A stretch of 43,263 nucleotides of DNA from a virus. The stretch is taken from positions 1 through 43,263 of the IMG/VR virus record IMGVR_UViG_3300045988_018894; one strand, 5' to 3'. The notes under the pieces were generated by a model. The model did no database searches and was not told the DNA's origin. It saw only the letters and a list, made by a program, of their open reading frames with translations. Below, one piece after another: positions 15,596-20,865 of this stretch. The position numbers and the translations under genes were made by a program. Each line of letters begins with the position of its first letter. Position 1 is the stretch's first letter.

Positions 15596-16236
15596 AGTTT
15601 GCTCACCGCCCGCTCCAGATGGTCGAGGCGATCAAACCAGCCCATCATGGTGGCCAGCTGCTTATCGTTGAGACCGAGGGCGGCGAGGACATCGCGATGA
15701 CTCATGCCGCGCTGCTCCTTGGATGTGATGAGCCGCTCAAGGCGCTCCTTGATAGCGTAGATGTTGTGGCGTGATAGATCGTCCTCTCCGTCATCTCCGT
15801 CGCCGTCCGCCCAGAGGGAGAAGCCGAGGCCGGTGCGGATCGCCACGCCCTTGACAAAGGCGCGGGCGAGGGCATTGTTGATCCGGAGCTGATTGAGGGT
15901 ATCCTCATAGACCACAAGCGTGCCGTTGAGGAGCGGCATGTCGTAGTTAAAAACCAGCTCGTCGATGTGGATCTCCACGCGGACGAACCAGCACTCCGTC
16001 ACGCGCCCCTTGCTCGTCTCCACGCGCATCTGCGGCCAGAGGTAGGTATGGGTACTGGGGCATGTTACGGGCGCGTAAAACACGCTCTCTGCGCCGTTTT
16101 CGTGCAGGAGCTGGGCGCATTTTGCCCAGCTTAGGTAGGGAACCTTGATGATGTTCCCGCGCTCGTCCTTCGCGTCGCGGACGGAGCAGTACGGGCGGAC
16201 ATCGAGCTGCACCAGCTCGGAAAAAGGCTTCAGCAT
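15592..16236 (-). CDS. Sak3/DUF1071-like single-strand annealing protein (214 aa)
   Basis: VPYLSWAKCAQLL and VKGVAIRTGLGFSLWADGD match the recalled Sak3 pattern YLSWA...GLGLYLYAGED. Paired with the YqaJ exonuclease. Confidence 0.7.
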   Translation of the reverse strand: MLKPFSELVQLDVRPYCSVRDAKDERGNIIKVPYLSWAKCAQLLHENGAESVFYAPVTCPSTHTYLWPQMRVETSKGRVTECWFVRVEIHIDELVFNYDMPLLNGTLVVYEDTLNQLRINNALARAFVKGVAIRTGLGFSLWADGDGDDGEDDLSRHNIYAIKERLERLITSKEQRGMSHRDVLAALGLNDKQLATMMGWFDRLDHLERAVSKL

Positions 16237-16574
16237 GCTCTTCCCTCCTTCCACTCGCCGAAGGCCATCTCGGAGGCGGTGTGCTCCTCCCAGAGGCGAT
16301 CGATGTACGCCAGCTGGTCAGCCGTAAAGCAGCCAAGCTGGAGCCGGAGCAGGCTGCGCGTCGCGAGGCGGCAGTGCGGGCAAAGCAGATCGGATTTGTT
16401 TTTGTCCCCGCCGCAAACGGGGCACTCGTCGGCCTCGTATTCGTCGAGGTTGCCCAGTTCCTCGCCGCAGTTCGGGCAGTAGATGTCGGTGACGGGGCCG
16501 TACTCCGGCGAGTCGTAGTGTTTTTCCAGCGGCTCGGTAAACGAGCCGCCGCAGTTATCGCAGATGTATGTCAT
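16230..16574 (-). CDS. Zinc-ribbon protein (114 aa)
   Basis: Four CxxC pairs (CDNCG, CPNCG, CPVCG, CPHC). RBS GAGGAGGAG. Confidence 0.65.
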   Translation of the reverse strand: MTYICDNCGGSFTEPLEKHYDSPEYGPVTDIYCPNCGEELGNLDEYEADECPVCGGDKNKSDLLCPHCRLATRSLLRLQLGCFTADQLAYIDRLWEEHTASEMAFGEWKEGRAC

Positions 16575-16770
16575 GGGTTGTCTCCTCCTCGGTGTCGATA
16601 TCAACGTACTGATATTGGTTCGCCCGACCGCCCATAAAAAGGCGTGTAAACGCCTTGCGGACGGTGGCGTATGGCTTGCCGGTCATCTCGGCCAGTTCGG
16701 CGATGGAGTCGGCCTGGGCGATCGGGAGCCGGTATTTGTCGCGGGTAACAAGCTGGTACACCCGCATCAT
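16555..16770 (-). CDS. Small HTH protein (71 aa)
   Basis: DSIAELAEMTGKPYATVRKAF. The ATG at 16770 follows GGGGGGTGAGG. Confidence 0.55.
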   Translation of the reverse strand: MMRVYQLVTRDKYRLPIAQADSIAELAEMTGKPYATVRKAFTRLFMGGRANQYQYVDIDTEEETTHDIHLR

Positions 16771-16772
16771 CC

Positions 16773-17165
16773 TCACCCCCCGGCAAGCGGCTTGCAGCGT
16801 TTGCTGCCGACCTGGTTGGGCGGCAGGCACTCGCCCCGCCGCCAGCGGGCGACATAGGACTTGCTTGTGCCGACCTCGCGGCTGATCTCAACGTCATTTT
16901 TGCCGGCAGCGTACAGCTGGCGCATCTGATCATAGATCGGGGCCGAGGGCCTCCCGCTCGGCGGGGGCAGCCGAAGTTTCACCCTCCGGCGACGGCCTCC
17001 GCGCGGTTCAAAGGCCACGCAGCCGCAGCCGGTGAGGGGCTTGCCCTCGGCGTACTCCGTGGCAAAGGCATACAGTTTGGTGTGCCCCTTGATCTCCGCG
17101 TAGTTGCAGAGATAGCCGATCACGCCAGCACCGACGCCGTAGCGGCACTTTTTACACTTAATCAT
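16773..17165 (-). CDS. Cys-rich N-terminal / HTH C-terminal protein (130 aa)
   Basis: MIKCKKCRYG...CGC followed by KNDVEISREVGTSKSYVARWRR. Confidence 0.6.
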   Translation of the reverse strand: MIKCKKCRYGVGAGVIGYLCNYAEIKGHTKLYAFATEYAEGKPLTGCGCVAFEPRGGRRRRVKLRLPPPSGRPSAPIYDQMRQLYAAGKNDVEISREVGTSKSYVARWRRGECLPPNQVGSKRCKPLAGG

Positions 17166-17373
17166 CCCCGCGGCCTCCTTCGGGGCGGACGATCGGCATC
17201 CAGTGCGTCGCCTCTAATGCGTGGGGCGTATCCGGGGCTTCGTCCCGAGCATTAAAAGCCTGATGGACGGCGGAGTACTCCACGGACAGGACGCTCGACG
17301 CCGTGAGGATGAGGTACTCCCCGCTGCACGGGGGGAGGGCGTCATCGACGGAAATCCAATCCTCCGCGCGCAT
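17158..17373 (-). CDS. DUF551-like protein (71 aa)
   Basis: WISVDDALPP...YLILT...HWMPI pattern. Confidence 0.55.
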   Translation of the reverse strand: MRAEDWISVDDALPPCSGEYLILTASSVLSVEYSAVHQAFNARDEAPDTPHALEATHWMPIVRPEGGRGDD

Positions 17374-17465
17374 CAGCGGTCACCTCCGATCCGGCAGATG
17401 ATCCGCACCGCCGAGGCGGCGATTGCTGCGGCGCCAATGTAGGCGCAAATCCATGTGATGGTCAC
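17373..17465 (-). CDS. Possible 30-aa hydrophobic peptide (GTG start)
   Basis: The GTG overlaps the upstream stop (CAGTGACC). Sequence VTITWICAYIGAAAIAASAVRIICRIGGDR. The stop overlaps the next ATG (TGATG). Coupling supports it, but it is very short. Confidence 0.3.
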   Translation of the reverse strand: MTITWICAYIGAAAIAASAVRIICRIGGDR

Positions 17466-17650
17466 TGGGCAAGTCTCCTTTCCACGTCCTGCGGCGTAAA
17501 CCGCTGTCTTGTGTTGGCTTCCGGGTCGACGATGTCGATGTACTCATAGTCCCCGTGGGAGGCAACGATCGCGAGGTTGAGCAGGATCTTTACACGATCC
17601 GGCGGGCGATCAAAAATCACCTTGTACTGGGGCTTCTCTCGCTTTGCCAT
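17462..17650 (-). CDS. Hypothetical protein (62 aa)
   Basis: RBS GAAGGAGGCGTAACC before the ATG. Confidence 0.6.
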   Translation of the reverse strand: MAKREKPQYKVIFDRPPDRVKILLNLAIVASHGDYEYIDIVDPEANTRQRFTPQDVERRLAQ

Positions 17651-17653
17651 GGG

Positions 17654-17806
17654 TTACGCCTCCTTCGTCTGCTTCCGCGGCTGGGCAGCTTTTGAGCCGT
17701 CCGCCAGTCCGTTTGCATAGGCCAGCAACAACAGCTGCTGCTGGCGGCTCATGCCTCGCATCTCGCGCATGATAAGATCCACCGTGCGCTTATCCTGTGC
17801 GGTCAT
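17654..17806 (-). CDS. First gene of the leftward early operon (50 aa), Cro-position small protein
   Basis: RBS GGGAGGTGACAGT before the ATG at 17806. Sequence MTAQDKRTVDLIMREMRGMSRQQQLLLLAYANGLADGSKAAQPRKQTKEA. Below the track cutoff. Confidence 0.5.
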   Translation of the reverse strand: MTAQDKRTVDLIMREMRGMSRQQQLLLLAYANGLADGSKAAQPRKQTKEA

Positions 17807-17861
17807 ACTGTCACCTCCCTGCGACTGTCTTTGTGTTGCAATGCTCTGTGTCTATGTTGCT

Positions 17862-17890
17862 ATAATACGCCACGAAGTTGCATTTGTCAA
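17862..17890 (-). promoter_or_regulatory. Leftward early promoter TTGACA-17 nt-TATTAT
   Basis: Near-consensus hexamers on the minus strand, about 55 nt upstream of the ATG at 17806. Confidence 0.55.
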
Positions 17891-17921
17891 TGCTTTTATG
17901 TGCGTTTGTGTCAAAAATTTC

Positions 17922-17952
17922 TTGACTTGCGTCTACTTTGGTGGTTTAATAT
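17922..17952 (+). promoter_or_regulatory. Rightward promoter for the repressor gene: TTGACT, then a 17-19 nt spacer, then TTTAAT/TAATAT
   Basis: Hexamers read directly. The -10 lies only about 10 nt from the annotated GTG. Confidence 0.5.
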
Positions 17953-17961
17953 AAGCAGGAG

Positions 17962-18336
17962 GTGAGACCCATCAAAGACCGTATTAAGACCTTACGCAAG
18001 GCGCTTGGATTAACACAACAGGAGTTTGCCGACAAGATCGGCATTAAGCGTGGAGCTGTGGCAAACTATGAGCTGGGGCGAAACGAACCAATCGACGCTG
18101 TGCTGTCGCTTATCTGCCGCGAGTTTCACGTAGACGAGCACTGGCTCCGCACCGGAGAGGGAGAGATGTTTGTCCGATTGTCCCTTGAGGAGGAGCTGGC
18201 GCAGTATGCGGCGCAGGTGCTGACCGATCCGGCGCAGGAGCTGCAGCGCGAGCTGCTGCGGATCATGGCAAGATTGGACCCGCAGGACTGGAGCGCGCTG
18301 GAGCGGATCGCAAAAAAGATCCGGCAGGAGCCGTAA
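17962..18336 (+). CDS. CI-like XRE-family repressor (about 124 aa)
   Basis: HTH LGLTQQEFADKIGIKRGAVANYELGRNEP plus a C-terminal helical domain. Start uncertain: the GTG at 17962 overlaps AGGAGG, and the codon at optimal spacing is an in-frame ATC at 17971. Confidence 0.8.
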   Translation: MRPIKDRIKTLRKALGLTQQEFADKIGIKRGAVANYELGRNEPIDAVLSLICREFHVDEHWLRTGEGEMFVRLSLEEELAQYAAQVLTDPAQELQRELLRIMARLDPQDWSALERIAKKIRQEP

Positions 18337-18347
18337 GCAAAAAAAAG

Positions 18348-18376
18348 ACCCGTCCCATAAGGGGCGGGCTTTTTTA
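18348..18376 (+). terminator. Rho-independent terminator of the repressor gene
   Basis: GACCCGTCCC-ATAA-GGGGCGGGC (one G-U pair) followed by TTTTTT. Confidence 0.7.
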
Positions 18377-18387
18377 TGGCCTTGAGA

Positions 18388-18419
18388 GGGGGAAGGGGGG
18401 ACTATAGGGGGGTAAGGGG
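18388..18419 (+). other. Canonical G-quadruplex-forming motif G5-AA-G6-ACTATA-G6-TAA-G4
   Basis: Four runs of 4 or more G with loops of 2, 6 and 3 nt, read directly in non-coding DNA. Confidence 0.6.
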
Positions 18420-18425
18420 AGAGCC

Positions 18426-18456
18426 TTATCTCCTACAAGATAGATTCTTTTTATCT
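18426..18456. repeat. TTATCT / AGATAG / TTATCT triple (direct plus inverted) in an AT-rich spacer
   Basis: TTATCT at 18426 and 18451, and AGATAG at 18438. Confidence 0.5.
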
Positions 18457-18467
18457 ACTAGGGGGAG

Positions 18468-18500
18468 TCTTTCTTTTCTTTGCTTCTTTCTTTTCTTTGC
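18468..18500. repeat. Two tandem copies of TCTTTCTTTTCTTTGC (17-bp period), inverted relative to the downstream iterons
   Basis: Identical 16-mers at 18468-18483 and 18485-18500. Their complement, GCAAAGAAAAGAAAGA, resembles iteron units. Confidence 0.85.
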
Positions 18501-18506
18501 CGGGAA

Positions 18507-18660
18507 GCAAACAGAAAGCAAGTTGCAAGCAAACAGCAAGCAAACAGCAAGCAAAATGAAAGCAAACGATAAGCAAAACGTAAGCAAAAAGAAAGCAACG
18601 AGCAAGCAAACAGGAAGCAAAACGAAAGCAACAAGCAAGCAAAAGGAAAGCAAAAAGAAA
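18507..18660. repeat. Array of 14 tandem 11-bp iterons, consensus GCAAAcaGaAA
   Basis: GCAA begins at 18507 and recurs every 11 bp without exception up to 18650 (18518, 18529, ... 18650). A degenerate 15th unit (GCAC, 18661) lies in the terminator stem. Only 5 T occur in the 154 nt. Confidence 0.95.
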
Positions 18661-18685
18661 GCACCCAGCAATCACGCTGGGTGCT
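18645..18685 (-). terminator. Rho-independent terminator of the leftward 4-gene operon
   Basis: AGCACCCAGC-AATCAC-GCTGGGTGCT, followed on the minus strand by TTTCTTTTTGCTTTCC. Confidence 0.75.
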
Positions 18686-18699
18686 GTTTGCTATATGCG

Positions 18700-19011
18700 C
18701 TACTCTCCTTCGATGACATCGAGGACCCACTGGTCGCCGCGCTCAAACTCACTCGCTTTAAGCCCAGGGAGGCCGTCGTTGTCGATTCCGTGGTTCGCGG
18801 CGTAAACGGCCGTGTACCAAAAGTCGAGCATATCGTCGAGATCATCATCGCTGGAGACGATGACATCGGAGCCGGGCAGACGATCGGGGTGGGTGCGCGG
18901 AAAATCGGGTTCCAGATCCTGCAGGCAATCGGGGCTGTAGTTGCTGTCCCAGCCGCCGGTATAACGGCGGAGGGAAACGGTGACGGTACGGGTGGGTGTG
19001 GTGATAATCAT
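18700..19011 (-). CDS. Strongly acidic hypothetical protein (103 aa)
   Basis: The ATG follows AAAGGAGC. About 22 D/E versus about 7 K/R by hand count (SSDDDLDDMLDFW). No family recognised. Confidence 0.65.
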   Translation of the reverse strand: MIITTPTRTVTVSLRRYTGGWDSNYSPDCLQDLEPDFPRTHPDRLPGSDVIVSSDDDLDDMLDFWYTAVYAANHGIDNDGLPGLKASEFERGDQWVLDVIEGE

Positions 19012-19012
19012 G

Positions 19013-19162
19013 TTATGCTCCTTTCTGGCCGTCGTTGACGGCCTTGAGCAGAATCTGCTCGATGTAGTTGGACAGAGATCTCTTGTCGGCGGCGGCGAGC
19101 TGCTCGAGACGGGACTTTAAGGTGGCGTCGATGCGTAGGCCGACGGTTGCGGTTTTAGCCAT
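19013..19162 (-). CDS. Ribbon-helix-helix (CopG/Arc/MetJ-type) DNA-binding protein (49 aa)
   Basis: RBS TGAGGAGGCGTAACC. Sequence MAKTATVGLRIDATLKSRLEQLAAADKRSLSNYIEQILLKAVNDGQKGA shows the beta-strand then two-helix RHH pattern. Below the track cutoff. Confidence 0.7.
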   Translation of the reverse strand: MAKTATVGLRIDATLKSRLEQLAAADKRSLSNYIEQILLKAVNDGQKGA

Positions 19163-19174
19163 GGTTACGCCTCC

Positions 19175-19885
19175 TCAATCCCACATGTGATCAACAGCGT
19201 GAGAACCCCACTCCGCCCGCGCGTCCGACAGCGCCGAAGCGGCGTCCTCGCCGTTGATGATGCGCTCCAGCGCTCTTTGGCCGGCAGCGGCCTTAGCGTA
19301 GTGGGACGCATTGGCCATGGCCTCGGCCTCAAGGTAGGCGGCGGCGCGGGGGTACGCCTTGTACAGGGCGTCCATATCGTACTGCGGGCGGGGGCGCACG
19401 CCCAGCCCGCCGCAATCGTCAAAGCTGCGCTCGAACTCAGCGCGCCATGCGGCGAGATCGGCCATCGCGGCGCGGATCTCGGACAGCCCGGTGATGGCGT
19501 CGATCTTAGCCTGCCGCTTAGCGGCGGCTCTCCGCTGGGCATCGGCATCATCTGTCAGGATCTCGATGATCTCCGGCTTAGAGGCGACGATGGCATCCCA
19601 GTTGCCGTCCCGCTTGGCATTAGCCCCGCGCCCGATGCGGAGCTTTCCGTTGGGGACAAACCCCTTGCCGGGGATGAGGTCGGTAGCGAGGGTGATGTCA
19701 TACGCATAGATCAGCCCTCGAGGAGTCAGCGTGGCACCATCCTCGATAGGCTCCGACGCGACCACCGTGACATCTGTGTAGCCGAGATTATCCAGCTCGT
19801 TGATGGCGGTAGACAGATGCTCAGCGCGGATCCGCTCGCTCACGGGGCGTCCGTTTTTGATTGCTGTGTAGTAGTAATACTTCAT
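19175..19885 (-). CDS. Hypothetical protein (236 aa)
   Basis: RBS AAAGGA. Appears to have two domains, with an Ala-rich helical C-terminal half. No family recognised. Confidence 0.7.
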   Translation of the reverse strand: MKYYYYTAIKNGRPVSERIRAEHLSTAINELDNLGYTDVTVVASEPIEDGATLTPRGLIYAYDITLATDLIPGKGFVPNGKLRIGRGANAKRDGNWDAIVASKPEIIEILTDDADAQRRAAAKRQAKIDAITGLSEIRAAMADLAAWRAEFERSFDDCGGLGVRPRPQYDMDALYKAYPRAAAYLEAEAMANASHYAKAAAGQRALERIINGEDAASALSDARAEWGSHAVDHMWD

Positions 19886-19919
19886 TTTTTAGTCCTTTCC
19901 GGCCAAGAGGCCTGTCCGC
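19877..19919 (-). repeat. 5' UTR/RBS cassette, copy 1 (GGACAGGCCTCTTGGCCGGAAAGGACTAAAAAATGAAGTAT)
   Basis: About 85 percent identical to copy 2 at 20382-20424. Contains a GGCC-N4-GGCC hairpin, the SD and the first three codons. Confidence 0.8.
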
Positions 19920-20390
19920 TTACTTATTTACGCCGTCCTGCGCGTCCAGATACTGGATGATTTCCGCGCGATGCGTCTTGATGTAGTCGCGCGTTGCGTC
20001 CTCCTGCCCGTCCCACATGGTGTATCTAAGTTTGCCGTCATCCTTGCGCGTGATCCTAAACGCCTGCACGGCCTCCTTGACCGTGACCTCGCTCCAGTCA
20101 GGCCCCATCCCGTATTCGCCGATGTGGGCGACGATCTCGCACAGAACGTGGTCGACAATCTTGTCAAGGGACTTGGTGGAGAAGGTACACGCCCAGGGGC
20201 TGCCGACGTTGGCGACGACCTTATTGCCGGAAACGCCAAGCGACACGGTGTAGCCGTCCTGCGCGCCGATCTGGAGCACATAGCGGGGCCCACGGCCCAG
20301 CCCCCACACGATCGCCTCCGCGATCGTGTCAAATCCGATTTCGCTGTCAAAGATGCAGCTATCGTTGCTCAGGCAAACTTCATACTTCAC
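19920..20390 (-). CDS. Hypothetical protein (156 aa from the GTG at 20390; the track uses TTG at 20399)
   Basis: The GTG lies 9 nt after AAAGGA and the 5' cassette is the same as for the next gene. No family recognised. Confidence 0.65.
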   Translation of the reverse strand: MKYEVCLSNDSCIFDSEIGFDTIAEAIVWGLGRGPRYVLQIGAQDGYTVSLGVSGNKVVANVGSPWACTFSTKSLDKIVDHVLCEIVAHIGEYGMGPDWSEVTVKEAVQAFRITRKDDGKLRYTMWDGQEDATRDYIKTHRAEIIQYLDAQDGVNK

Positions 20391-20424
20391 GATTTTCAAT
20401 CCTTTCCGGCCAAAGGCCTGTCCG
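20382..20424 (-). repeat. 5' UTR/RBS cassette, copy 2 (GGACAGGCCTTTGGCCGGAAAGGATTGAAAATCGTGAAGTAT)
   Basis: See copy 1. Confidence 0.8.
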
Positions 20425-20457
20425 ATGGGTGGGCGTCTATCGTTTGATCTTGCCTAT

Positions 20458-20486
20458 ATTGTACAACAATGTTTAACATACAGCAA
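20458..20486 (-). promoter_or_regulatory. Candidate leftward promoter TTGCTG-17 nt-TACAAT with the palindrome ATGTTTAACAT in the spacer
   Basis: Hexamers read on the minus strand, with an 11-bp palindrome between them. Confidence 0.45.
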
Positions 20487-20544
20487 TAGGCATACTGCAC
20501 AAAGATTTGCATTAGGAATTGCGTGTTTTGACGGGGCTTGGCGT

Positions 20545-20573
20545 GGGACATTGGCAAAAATCAGGGATATAAT
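20545..20573 (+). promoter_or_regulatory. Candidate rightward (late/packaging operon) promoter GGGACA-17 nt-TATAAT
   Basis: Perfect -10 and partial -35. Confidence 0.4.
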
Positions 20574-20865
20574 AGATGCGTGGGTTATGGCTTGGGGCTA
20601 CACACTCTCCTTTTTGTTGCCCCCGCAAGGGGGCTATGCGGCCAAGAGTATATACGCGGTGCAACTCCGCGGGGCCGCGCTAGGATGGGCTGATCATCCC
20701 CCAATCATGGATGACGGGCAGGTGTTTAGCAGCGTCTGCCAAAGCGGGAGCCGCCCCGTAAGCGCGGCAGGATGTAGCCGGTGACGGCTGGGGACTATCT
20801 GCCGATATGCAAGGGCGGGAGCAGGCAGATCAATACAACAGACACACGATGGGGGGGGATACGCC

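Noticed and set aside
14487-16236. The recombination module (Sak3-like SSAP, YqaJ exonuclease, NinB, NinG-like, RusA, SSB) as something novel.
   Set aside because: This is a standard lambdoid/Firmicutes phage recombination set in a conventional order. It is reported as features only.
18507-18660. Possibility that the repeat array is a CRISPR array.
   Set aside because: The units are 11 bp and contiguous, with no repeat/spacer alternation. No cas genes or leader are present.
18376-19038. Plus-strand 220-aa ORF and three minus-strand ORFs (18426-18671, 18451-18675, 18458-18730) covering the iteron array.
   Set aside because: The array period is 11 nt, which is not a multiple of 3, so all frames give interchangeable K/Q/S-rich (plus) or L/F/C-rich (minus) strings. 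The frames stay open only because the minus strand is almost A-free in this block. There is no SD or start context, and the plus ORF runs antisense through the 103-aa gene.
20576-20683. 35-codon ORF (MRGLWLGATHSPFCC...) and the 152-aa track ORF 20326-20784 in the divergent promoter/leader region.
   Set aside because: Neither has an SD. The track ORF spans both promoters and the 5' end of a minus-strand gene, and the composition does not look like coding sequence.
20575-20865. tRNA, tmRNA, hammerhead or a known riboswitch in the long leader.
   Set aside because: I could find no T-loop GGTTCGAATCC-like element, no CUGAUGA hammerhead core and no recognisable riboswitch consensus by eye. It is kept only as an unclassified structured region in the findings.
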